From IMG/VR virus record IMGVR_UViG_650377941_000004: a stretch of 64,000 nt of DNA. One strand, given 5' to 3'. The stretch's first letter is position 1; each line of letters begins with the position of its first letter. Below, in pieces: positions 17,683 to 25,869 of this stretch. The DNA is from an uncultured virus (IMG/VR IMGVR_UViG_650377941_000004). Its lineage: Duplodnaviria > Heunggongvirae > Uroviricota > Caudoviricetes. Below the pieces are notes generated by a model. The model made no database searches, had not been told where the DNA came from, and was given only the letters and a program-made list of their open reading frames with translations. A program made the position numbers and the translations under genes.

Positions 17683-18162
17683 TCAGCGAGCCGGTCGCCG
17701 CTGAAAGGTAAAGCCGGGGTTACGTTCGGTCATTCGTGCAACAACCTTGTCCGCCTGATCTTTCGTGAACCGGGGCGCAAAAACCTTGTTCATGCCGCGC
17801 CTACCGCCCCACGGGTCGCAGAGGGTAAAATGCTGGTCGCTGGGGCCTTTGCAGTAGATGAAGTAGTAAATCGTGCTGGCCGCGGGCATACCGGGGTATC
17901 TGCGGGGCGTGGAACGTGCAGCAACTTCGACAGAGAACACGGACAGCTTCGCGCACCCGAAAAGATGGGTGCAGCAGTTCGTTTTGCGGTCGAGGATTGC
18001 AGCCCCGTCCAGCTCGCGCCCGTCTGTTGCATACTCCTTGACCAGATAGGCGATTCGTGTATGGGCTTCGGCAATGGTGCGAAAACTCATATCTTCGTCG
18101 GTGAAATCGGCAGAAGCGCAGGTAATGACCTGATACCGATGGTTCGGATCGTATTCACGCAT
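17683..18162 (-). CDS. Hypothetical protein
   Basis: AAAGGAG RBS following a repeat copy. Confidence 0.7.
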   Translation of the reverse strand: MREYDPNHRYQVITCASADFTDEDMSFRTIAEAHTRIAYLVKEYATDGRELDGAAILDRKTNCCTHLFGCAKLSVFSVEVAARSTPRRYPGMPAASTIYYFIYCKGPSDQHFTLCDPWGGRRGMNKVFAPRFTKDQADKVVARMTERNPGFTFQRRPAR

Positions 18163-18246
18163 GGTTTGTATCTCCTTTTCGTTTTGTGGTAGCCTTGCGG
18201 CTGGGGCTGGGCTGCTTTGAACGGTGCAACCCGGCTAGAGTATCCG

Positions 18247-19869
18247 TTATTCGCCAAGCTGTAAAAGCGTGGCTTTCGTGGGGATCAGATGCCGTGCAAG
18301 AGTGTCCGTGTAACTCGCTTCGCCCTCGTAGCTGTCCACGATCTTCTGCTCTGCCTTGCTCATGTCGTGGTAGGATTTCTTGCCGTAGGACGGCGGCAAC
18401 CATCCTTTCTTCTGGCTGGCGAACAGGTTGAACGACTTCAAAACGTCGTCATTCGTGAATGTGATGTGGCAAGTGCCTTTTTTGTAGAAAGTGGCGGTGA
18501 AGTAGCGGAACTGCACGTTCTGGCTTTGTCCGCTCTCCTCGGCGGCTTTGAGCGTTGCCCGGAGTTCGTCGCCGTTGTACTTCTTGCCGTTCGTGTCGAG
18601 ATAGTGCAGGGTGCGCTCGATTCGTGACAGGCAGCTCTCAGCGTTCCAACCGGGTTCAAACCGCCCGGAGTAATCACCCCACGCCGAACACCGAAAGATC
18701 ACTTTCTTGCCGACTTTGTACGCTTCGTTCGTGCACCAGCCGTTGTAATAGTGAACGTTCTTCGAGTATTCGGAATTGTAGTGCAGATTTGTCCAGTCGT
18801 TGAAAAGGCCGATTATTTCATCTTCAATGCCGTTCACGATGTTAGCGGACATTTCTTCCCGGATCGTTAGAATGTTGTAGGGGCTGAAATCGTAGTTGGC
18901 AAGCTCGGAGATTCGGTTCTGGTACTCGCACTGCATCGCTTGCGTGAGGTTGTCCCGGATTTGCGGCAGGTCAAAGAGCTTCTTCCAGTACAAGCTGCGC
19001 AAGCTGTGAATCGCTTCGTTATAGCTCTTGTTGAAGTTCAGCACTTCGGTTTCCTTGTCGTCTGCGGTAGCGGCAGAAAACAGGCTCTTGATTCCGTTGT
19101 ACTCTTCGTAAATACGGCGGATGCCCTCGGCGGCGGCATTGTACCGTTCCACCGCGGCGGCGATGGGATCAGCAGACACCAGCGCGGCAAGCTGCGGATC
19201 GGCTTTCATGCGGTCGGTCATTTCGTTGTTGAGCTCCAACCGGATTTTGCTTACTGGCTCCTTGTCGGGAATGTCAACGGAGATCAACGCCACTTCAACG
19301 CGGGCGGCGCGGCGGGCGTTCTTGAAAGCGTCCGGGATGTATTTGATCTGGGCGTTGAGCTCGTTTAGCTTCTGCGCCAGCTCTTTCCGCTCGTTCGTGT
19401 AGGGATTGCGGATCGTTTCGGCGTTGAGCAGACAGCGGATTTTGCCGCCGTCTTTCATGATCTCTAAAGCCTTGAGCAAGTGAGCAGCACCGGCGGAAAA
19501 AGGCGGGTTCATGATGATCGCCGCGTATTTCTTCGCGGGGCGGAACGTGAGAAAATCGTCATGCACCACGCGGAAACCGTCTTTCTTCAGTTTGGCGCGG
19601 AAGTCGCTGGACAGTTCCACACAGTCAAGATCAAACTCTTTCGCCTTGCTCGTGCTGTAACGGTCAAGCTCTCCCGTTTTGGGATCGTGCCGAATATCTG
19701 CGACGGCGTGAATCTGGCGGGCCAGTGCGCCGTCACCGGCAGAGGGTTCAAGGATGGGCTGCGGCAGGTGCTTCCAGCCGTATTTTGTGCTTTGCAGGCT
19801 GTAAGCCATTTCCCACGCGAGATTGTCCGGGGTGGGGTAAAAGTCCCGGCTATCGTTCGGGGTCGTCAT
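18247..19869 (-). CDS. SAM-dependent DNA methyltransferase-like protein with DUF4942-like domain
   Basis: DFYPTP, ILEPSAGDG, IIMNPPF, C-terminal FYKKGTCHITF. Confidence 0.85.
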   Translation of the reverse strand: MTTPNDSRDFYPTPDNLAWEMAYSLQSTKYGWKHLPQPILEPSAGDGALARQIHAVADIRHDPKTGELDRYSTSKAKEFDLDCVELSSDFRAKLKKDGFRVVHDDFLTFRPAKKYAAIIMNPPFSAGAAHLLKALEIMKDGGKIRCLLNAETIRNPYTNERKELAQKLNELNAQIKYIPDAFKNARRAARVEVALISVDIPDKEPVSKIRLELNNEMTDRMKADPQLAALVSADPIAAAVERYNAAAEGIRRIYEEYNGIKSLFSAATADDKETEVLNFNKSYNEAIHSLRSLYWKKLFDLPQIRDNLTQAMQCEYQNRISELANYDFSPYNILTIREEMSANIVNGIEDEIIGLFNDWTNLHYNSEYSKNVHYYNGWCTNEAYKVGKKVIFRCSAWGDYSGRFEPGWNAESCLSRIERTLHYLDTNGKKYNGDELRATLKAAEESGQSQNVQFRYFTATFYKKGTCHITFTNDDVLKSFNLFASQKKGWLPPSYGKKSYHDMSKAEQKIVDSYEGEASYTDTLARHLIPTKATLLQLGE

Positions 19870-19959
19870 GGTTCGTTCTCCTTTTCGTGTTGGATTCACC
19901 CCGGCGGGGTGTGGGATCGGGTCGCTTTTCGTTCGGTGCGGCCCGTCAAGGCATCCGTT

Positions 19960-20484
19960 TCACTGCTGGGCTAAAATCGTGCTCAACCATGTGGAAGAGT
20001 CGGCGCAATCAACCATTTTCGCAAAGTAGCGGCCCGTTACAAGCTGGAACGCATATTGCGTGGTGTAAGTGCCGCTGTACATTTCCCGGCTGCAAAACTC
20101 TTCGACGTTGTTCCGGGTGTGCAAGCCGCGCGGCGGCAATACGTTCAGCGCGTCCTCATAGTCCTGTTTCGTGATCTCGACCATTTCCGGCGCGAGCAGC
20201 TTTTCCCGCTCAAAGTCCAGCCATTCGCCGTAGGTCATGACGGCATAAGAGCGGGCCTTTTCTTGCGCAAGGCGGCTTTCCCAATATCCCCGGTCGCTTT
20301 CGTGGTCGCCGGACTCGATGATCTGGGTGATCCGCTGGATGCTTTCGGCGGTGCTCTTCCGGGCGGCATTCAACACCTCTTCGGCGGTGCGGGGCGTGGG
20401 CCAGCCGGACACGGTGAAAGCGTAGATCTGGACGTTGGGAACATCCACAACAACAAGTTCGTTTTTTTCTTCGTTGGCGGTCAT
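19960..20484 (-). CDS. Hypothetical protein (DUF1419-like)
   Basis: EIT..DY.DALNVLPP...F...E.YSG.YT pattern; AAAGGAG RBS. Confidence 0.55.
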   Translation of the reverse strand: MTANEEKNELVVVDVPNVQIYAFTVSGWPTPRTAEEVLNAARKSTAESIQRITQIIESGDHESDRGYWESRLAQEKARSYAVMTYGEWLDFEREKLLAPEMVEITKQDYEDALNVLPPRGLHTRNNVEEFCSREMYSGTYTTQYAFQLVTGRYFAKMVDCADSSTWLSTILAQQ

Positions 20485-20580
20485 GGTATAATCTCCTTTT
20501 CGTTTTCGTGATTCACCCCGGCGGGGCGTTGGGATCGGGTCGCTTTGTCCGGTGCGGCCCGTCAAGGTATCCGGGGCGGG

Positions 20581-21555
20581 TCATGCGAGAAGATTTGCGG
20601 CGATGCTCTCAAAATCGAGCTGCTGGACGCTGGGGACCATTTCGGGGGCGTTGCGCTTGTGGCTGAGTTCGTCGAGAGCCATTACAAACGCGGCGGCTTC
20701 GCGGTCGCTGCTGATAAAGTCGCAACGATGATTTGTGAACTGCTGGACGATGGAAGAAAATTCGGGGTCGTTCTTGCTCTTCTGGTCAAACGTCTTGACG
20801 GCTTCCCGGTATTCCTTGCTGTCGTTGTCGTCGTGGGTGCGGTAAAAGTTGGAATACCACTTTTCAAAAACCGGCTCTAACTCTTCCATGTCAACGGCAA
20901 CGGCGGCGGGCTTTTTCGTGGTGCGGGACTTCTTCGGGGCGGGTTTCGTGGGCAGCGGCTCAACATGAACCAGTTCGGGAAGTTCGTGGTGCTCTTCAAC
21001 GACGATCGGCGCGGGGCGGGCAGCTTCGGCGGCTGCTTTTGCGGCGGCTGCTTTTGCGGCGGCTTCCTTTGCGGCCTTGCGTTCGGCGGCAAGCTGCTTG
21101 TTGTAAGCGATGATCTCCGCCGTGGACTTGAACCGGGCTTGCGGGGCGGGCTTGCTGCTTTCAACTTGTAAGCAGCTGAAAAGATGGGACTTCGTAGGGT
21201 AGTAATGCGGATCGGGTGCGGCTTCCTTGCCCTCTGCCGCGGCCTTTTCGCGCTGCTCTTTGCTGGGCTTCGTGGTGTACTTCCACAAGTAGCATTCAAG
21301 CAACGCTTTTTCGCCTTTCTTGACGCTCTTGCCCTCTTTCTTCCAATAGTCGAACGTGTGCAGCTCGTCCGCTGCAAACATGATCTCGATATCCGCGGCG
21401 GTGGCGGGCTTTTCGTTGCCGTCCTTGTCAACGATCTTGCAAGATGCAGCAACGGCGGCGATCTCTTCCGGGGTGTGGTGTACGGCGGCAATCTGGTGCA
21501 GCGTGGCCGGGTCAAGACGTTCAGCGGCGGCGCGGATAATCTGTTTATTCGTCAT
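20581..21555 (-). CDS. Protein with ArdC-like N-terminal ssDNA-binding domain
   Basis: TFDYWKKEGKSVKKGEKA...LW...LFS..QV motif; Ala/Lys linker. Confidence 0.65.
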   Translation of the reverse strand: MTNKQIIRAAAERLDPATLHQIAAVHHTPEEIAAVAASCKIVDKDGNEKPATAADIEIMFAADELHTFDYWKKEGKSVKKGEKALLECYLWKYTTKPSKEQREKAAAEGKEAAPDPHYYPTKSHLFSCLQVESSKPAPQARFKSTAEIIAYNKQLAAERKAAKEAAAKAAAAKAAAEAARPAPIVVEEHHELPELVHVEPLPTKPAPKKSRTTKKPAAVAVDMEELEPVFEKWYSNFYRTHDDNDSKEYREAVKTFDQKSKNDPEFSSIVQQFTNHRCDFISSDREAAAFVMALDELSHKRNAPEMVPSVQQLDFESIAANLLA

Positions 21556-21666
21556 GGTAAATACTTCCTTTCGTGTTTCGTTTTGTGGATCGTCCCGGCG
21601 GTGTGCCGGGGGAATGGGATCGGGTCGCTTTCGTTCGGTGCGGCCCGTCAAGGTATCCGGCGGGGT

Positions 21667-22008
21667 TCAATCTTCGGTTTCGTCGCAATCGTGGCAATAC
21701 AGCGCATCAATAACCTTGTCGTCGCTGAAATCGTCCGGGGTTCCGTTGGCATCGACCACAAGATCGATCCGGTCAAAAATCCGCAAGTCGGTTTCGTTGT
21801 CCACGATGAAAAACCAGTCGTCACCGTCCAGCGCGTCGCTGCACCAGACTTCAATCTGGTTTTCGTTGGTGGCGGTCATGCCTTTCACAATGGCCGGGGC
21901 GATATACCGCCCAAAAGGACCGACTTTGTAGGGACAGGCGGCAGCGGCGCGGGGTGCGCTGGACAGCAGCGCGGCGGCAAGTGCGGCGGCGGTCAAAATT
22001 CGTTTCAT
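21667..22008 (-). CDS. Small acidic protein with signal peptide
   Basis: MKRILTAAALAAALL N-terminus; AAGGAG RBS. Confidence 0.7.
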   Translation of the reverse strand: MKRILTAAALAAALLSSAPRAAAACPYKVGPFGRYIAPAIVKGMTATNENQIEVWCSDALDGDDWFFIVDNETDLRIFDRIDLVVDANGTPDDFSDDKVIDALYCHDCDETED

Positions 22009-22121
22009 GGTTCATATCTCCTTTTTGCTTTCGTGGTGTGTGTTCGGCTTTCTCCCGGACGCTTCCGGGGTGGTGGGATCGGGTCGCTTTTCGTGGTGCG
22101 GCCCGTCAAGGTATCCGGGGG

Positions 22122-22511
22122 TCATGCGTAAATTTCATTGAACACTTCGACGGCGTTCCATTGCACCGCCTTTTCACGCTGGGCAGCTTTCGCGGCGTTC
22201 TGGTCGCCGCCGTTGGCTTTCAATGCCATATAGAAAGCATCAACAAGGGCGGCTTTTTGCCGTTCGCGTTCCCGATATGCGGCGATCTGTCCGGCGTCAT
22301 ACACCTTGACCGCCCACGATTCATAGTGAATCGGGGTCAATGTTTCATGGTGCAAGCCCTTGCAGCGGTTCAGAACGGCAACGATCTTACCGGCATCCTC
22401 ATAAGTTGGGGCGGCGATGATGTAGCAAGGGACAGCGGCGCGGGCTTGCTTCTCGATGTTCCACCGGTGACGGGTGGCAATCTGGTTTATTTTCTTGTCG
22501 AATGCGGTCAT
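22122..22511 (-). CDS. Hypothetical protein
   Basis: AAGGAG RBS. Confidence 0.7.
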   Translation of the reverse strand: MTAFDKKINQIATRHRWNIEKQARAAVPCYIIAAPTYEDAGKIVAVLNRCKGLHHETLTPIHYESWAVKVYDAGQIAAYRERERQKAALVDAFYMALKANGGDQNAAKAAQREKAVQWNAVEVFNEIYA

Positions 22512-22606
22512 GTTCTCGATCTCCTTTTGATTTTTTGATTCACCCCGGCGGGGCGGTGGCATAGGGTTGCTTTTGCGGCAGCGGTGCAGCCCTTGAAAGT
22601 GTCCGC

Positions 22607-22635
22607 TTGACTTTACCGGCGAAAGCTGGTAGAAT
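22607..22635 (+). promoter_or_regulatory. Sigma-A-type promoter for an antisense sRNA
   Basis: TTGACT-17-TAGAAT with extended -10 TG. Confidence 0.75.
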
Positions 22636-22638
22636 CAT

Positions 22639-22709
22639 TGCAAGATCGGAACTCGAAAACCTATCTTGCAAGCCTGTCACCCTTTACCGGGTGGCGGGCT
22701 TTTTCTTTT
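22639..22709 (+). ncRNA. Putative antisense sRNA (type I antitoxin-like)
   Basis: TGCAAGAT/ATCTTGCA hairpin + terminator AGCCTGTCACCC/GGGTGGCGGGCT-TTTTCTTTT. Confidence 0.6.
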
Positions 22710-22782
22710 GCCATTCGGCAAGAAGAGCAGCCCAAACTGCCCGCTTGACGGCTTTCGGCAGCTTGAAAAACTCTTTATTCAC
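22684..22782 (-). CDS. 32-aa peptide MNKEFFKLPKAVKRAVWAALLAEWQKKKPATR
   Basis: GAGGTG RBS, GTG start; fills the slot after a repeat copy; below the ORF track size cutoff. Confidence 0.6.
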   Translation of the reverse strand: MNKEFFKLPKAVKRAVWAALLAEWQKKKPATR

Positions 22783-22877
22783 GCTTTTCACCTCTTTTCT
22801 GGTTTGATTCACCCCGGCGGGGTGTTGGGATCGGGTCGCTTTCAGCGGTGCGGCCCGTCAAGGTGTCCGGCGGCGAG

Positions 22878-23087
22878 TTAGAACCCCTGATTTTTCATCT
22901 GCTGGAGAATGTTCTGGTAAATCGCTTCCCACATTTCAGCATTCCGCACGGCGGATTCATGCGCCATCTTGCCGGACTTTTCATCACGGGCTTTTTCTTT
23001 CCAGTCGCAAACCACGAAACCGACACTTGCAAGAACGGTTCTCATGTCATCAGTGTCAAGGGTGATTGTCATTTTTTCAGCGTCCAT
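22878..23087 (-). CDS. Hypothetical protein (first gene of the leftward operon)
   Basis: GAGG RBS, promoter upstream. Confidence 0.65.
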   Translation of the reverse strand: MDAEKMTITLDTDDMRTVLASVGFVVCDWKEKARDEKSGKMAHESAVRNAEMWEAIYQNILQQMKNQGF

Positions 23088-23134
23088 AATGCAACCTCTT
23101 TTCTGCTTTGCGGTGTTTCGCTTGCCGTGGCTAT

Positions 23135-23212
23135 ATCATAGCATGAATCATGCAATGCGTCAAGCATGAATCATGCAATTTTACGAAATGCACAAAAAAG
23201 CATGATTCATTC
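23135..23212 (-). promoter_or_regulatory. Leftward operon promoter with GCATGAATCATGC operators
   Basis: TTGACG-17-TATGAT (23135-23163); palindromes at 23141-23153, 23164-23176 and degenerate 23200-23212. Confidence 0.75.
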
Positions 23213-23284
23213 CGTCAATTTTTGCATGGTGCATTCCGGGAAAATTTGATATAATGGGGACAGGCAGAAAGAGAGGTGACAAAA

Positions 23285-23503
23285 ATGCCGCTCACAGACA
23301 AGAAAAGAATAACGAACGACCGCTATTTATCAAAGTTTGCGACAAAATCAATTAGAATCCCGAAAGAAATTGAAGAGGATTTGAACACCGCCGCCGCCCA
23401 CGCCGGGGAAAGCGTGGCGGGGTATATCGTGAACGCCACGCGGGAAAGAATGGCCCGCGATGGATTCCAGCCGCCCGACGACAGCAGCACCGGCGGCGGG
23501 TGA
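23285..23503 (+). CDS. Ribbon-helix-helix (Arc/CopG-like) regulator
   Basis: KSIRIPKE...L..AA..AGESVAGYI..A; TG-A-TATAAT promoter at 23247-23255. Confidence 0.7.
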   Translation: MPLTDKKRITNDRYLSKFATKSIRIPKEIEEDLNTAAAHAGESVAGYIVNATRERMARDGFQPPDDSSTGGG

Positions 23504-24537
23504 TTCCAGCCGCCCGAAAATTTGACGCGAAAAAAGAGGTAGACACGGCCCGCGCCGCGCCTACCTCTTTTTTGTTGCCTGTTTTCCGTGGGGCGTTTTC
23601 CGTGGGCGGCTTTTCCGTGGATCACACCCCGGCCCCGCCGCCGGTGTGAAGATCGCACCCGCCCGCCGCTGCTGCTGTCTGGACACGCCGCCGCGCCGAT
23701 GATCCGCGCCGATGATCCACGCCGCCGATCTTCACCCCGCGCCGCCCCGATGGGGACGACAGGCAGCGCACCGGCCCCGNNNNNNNNNNNNNNNNNNNNN
23801 NNNNNNNNNNNNNNNNNNNNNNNNNNNNNNNNNNNNNNNNNNNNNNNNNNNNNNNNNNNNNNNNNNNNNNNNNNNNNNNNNNNNNNNNNNNNNNNNNNNN
23901 NNNNNNNNNNNNNNNNNNNNNNNNNNNNNNNNNNNNNNNNNNNNNNNNNNNNNNNNNNNNNNNNNNNNNNNNNNNNNNNNNNNNNNNNNNNNNNNNNNNN
24001 NNNNNNNNNNNNNNNNNNNNNNNNNNNNNNNNNNNNNNNNNNNNNNNNNNNNNNNNNNNNNNNNNNNNNNNNNNNNNNNNNNNNNNNNNNNNNNNNNNNN
24101 NNNNNNNNNNNNNNNNNNNNNNNNNNNNNNNNNNNNNNNNNNNNNNNNNNNNNNNNNNNNNNNNNNNNNNNNNNNNNNNNNNNNNNNNNNNNNNNNNNNN
24201 NNNNNNNNNNNNNNNNNNNCGCCCGCCGCCCGGCGCCGGGCCGATGACCACGGCCCGCCCGCCCCCGCGCCCGTAGGTACTGGGAGCGGCGTTTCAATCC
24301 TTTACGGGTCCGAAAGCCCGAAAATTTTCTAGGTATAAACGGATTTTTGCCCTTCCCCAGAAGGGGGTCTGAAAAAATTTAGGGGGATTTTTTGAAGAAA
24401 ATTTTCAAAATGATGTATCGTGATGCCTTTTTCCTGCTATAATCGGTACAGTGATAGGTGCGAAGCTCCATGACATTCCGTCGTGGGGCTTTTTCTTTTG
24501 CGTGTATTTTGGAAACGGGGTGCAGGAGTGATGCCGG

Positions 24538-25299
24538 ATGCCGAAGCGGAACGACAAGCGCGACACCGCCAAGGCTGAGTACATCAAGCGGCGGCGGTCG
24601 GGCGAGAAAGTAAATCTCAAAGACCTTGCCGAAAAGCTGGGCGTGACATACGGAACCGTCCGCAACTGGAAACGCATTGACCAATGGGACGATGCGATGG
24701 AGCGCAAGCGCGGGGGACAGCCCGGAAACAAAAACAGCCGGGGCAAGAGGAATGCCAAGGGCAATCCCGGCGGCGGTGCGCCGAACGGAAACACCAACGC
24801 AGAGAAGGACGGTGCATATAGCACGGTTCACCTTGAACGTTTGAGCCAAGAGGAACGGGACTGGCTGGATCAAATGCCGACCGGTGCAAACGAGAACAAC
24901 ATTTATGAGTTGAAGCTGCTTCGGATTCAGCAGCGGCACATCATGGAACGGATCGCAGAGTATGAAAGCTGCGACCCGGAAAAGCTGTTCACTGCATCCA
25001 TCACCGATATGCGAAAACCGGGAAAGGACAAAGACGGGAAGCAGGCGGACGGAGCTGTGCAGAAGATGGTCATGGATAACAAGGACAGTGCCTTTGTTCG
25101 AGTGACCCAGCTGCGGGAGGCCCTGAACAAGGTCTCCGGCAGAATTATTTCCCTGACCACACAAATCCGTCAGCAGGAAGAATTTGAAAAACGGTACGCT
25201 CTGGAACTGGAACGCCTTGACATTGCAAAGACGCGGGCGACCGGTGAGGTGGATGTAGACCCGGAGGGAGGGACAGAGGATGAAACTGTACACGACTAA
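24538..25299 (+). CDS. Terminase small subunit-related protein (N-terminal HTH)
   Basis: LAEKLGVTYGTVRNWKRIDQW, GGQPGNKN, GAPNGNTNAEKDG. Confidence 0.8.
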   Translation: MPKRNDKRDTAKAEYIKRRRSGEKVNLKDLAEKLGVTYGTVRNWKRIDQWDDAMERKRGGQPGNKNSRGKRNAKGNPGGGAPNGNTNAEKDGAYSTVHLERLSQEERDWLDQMPTGANENNIYELKLLRIQQRHIMERIAEYESCDPEKLFTASITDMRKPGKDKDGKQADGAVQKMVMDNKDSAFVRVTQLREALNKVSGRIISLTTQIRQQEEFEKRYALELERLDIAKTRATGEVDVDPEGGTEDETVHD

Positions 25300-25783
25300 G
25301 ATCGTTGCACAGTATCTCGACCTGTCCGAACGCCGGGTGCGGCAGCTCCGAGACGAGGGCGTGCTGGAAGAAAAGGCCCCCGGCCTTTACGACCTGCGTT
25401 CCAGCGTCCGACGGTACATCAACTACCTGCGGGGCGACGAGGGCGGCAAAGCTGACCTCAACGAGGAACGGGCGAAGCTGACCAAGGAAAAACGGATCGC
25501 CGCCGAAACCGAGAATAAAGTTCGCAATGGGGAACTGTACCGGAAATCTGACATCACGGTTGGCATGACCACCGTTGTTATGAACCTGCGCTCAAGGCTC
25601 CTTGCCCTGCCCAACAAGTTGGCTGCAAACATTGCCAAGCTGGACGGTGATGAGGGCAAGATCATGGACTTATTGCAAAGTTCCCTCTATGAGATCATGG
25701 AGGAATTTTCTAATTATCAGGTGGCGTTGCAGCCGCCAAAGGATGATGAAGAAGATGAACAAGACGGAGAAGAAACCGGATAA
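25280..25783 (+). CDS. Nu1-like terminase small subunit
   Basis: wHTH LDLSERRVRQL..EG, YDL...V..YI, ERAKLTK, LLALP. Confidence 0.8.
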   Translation: MKLYTTKIVAQYLDLSERRVRQLRDEGVLEEKAPGLYDLRSSVRRYINYLRGDEGGKADLNEERAKLTKEKRIAAETENKVRNGELYRKSDITVGMTTVVMNLRSRLLALPNKLAANIAKLDGDEGKIMDLLQSSLYEIMEEFSNYQVALQPPKDDEEDEQDGEETG

Positions 25784-25869
25784 GCCCGGCGGCGCTTGCA
25801 AGCACTGCCCGTGGGGCAAACGCATCCACCAAAGGCTGATCCTGTGTATGTTCCCAGCTTGCGTAAGAG

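Larger units (their letters stand above)
18191..22869 (-). repeat. Seven dispersed intergenic structured repeats
   Basis: Copies at 18191-18246, 19893-19957, 20510-20573, 21594-21659, 22054-22117, 22537-22605, 22806-22869. Confidence 0.92.

Noticed and set aside
18191..22869. CRISPR array interpretation of the repeats
   Set aside because: The spacers are whole genes of 200-1600 nt, the repeats are long and variable, and there are no cas genes.
19893..22869. TTGACG in the repeats as -35 boxes of repeated sigma-A promoters
   Set aside because: No -10 element at 16-18 nt, spacing varies among copies, and the hexamer is lost in the two divergent copies.
23323..24332. ORFs spanning the N gap
   Set aside because: Their length is created by Ns; no coding evidence.
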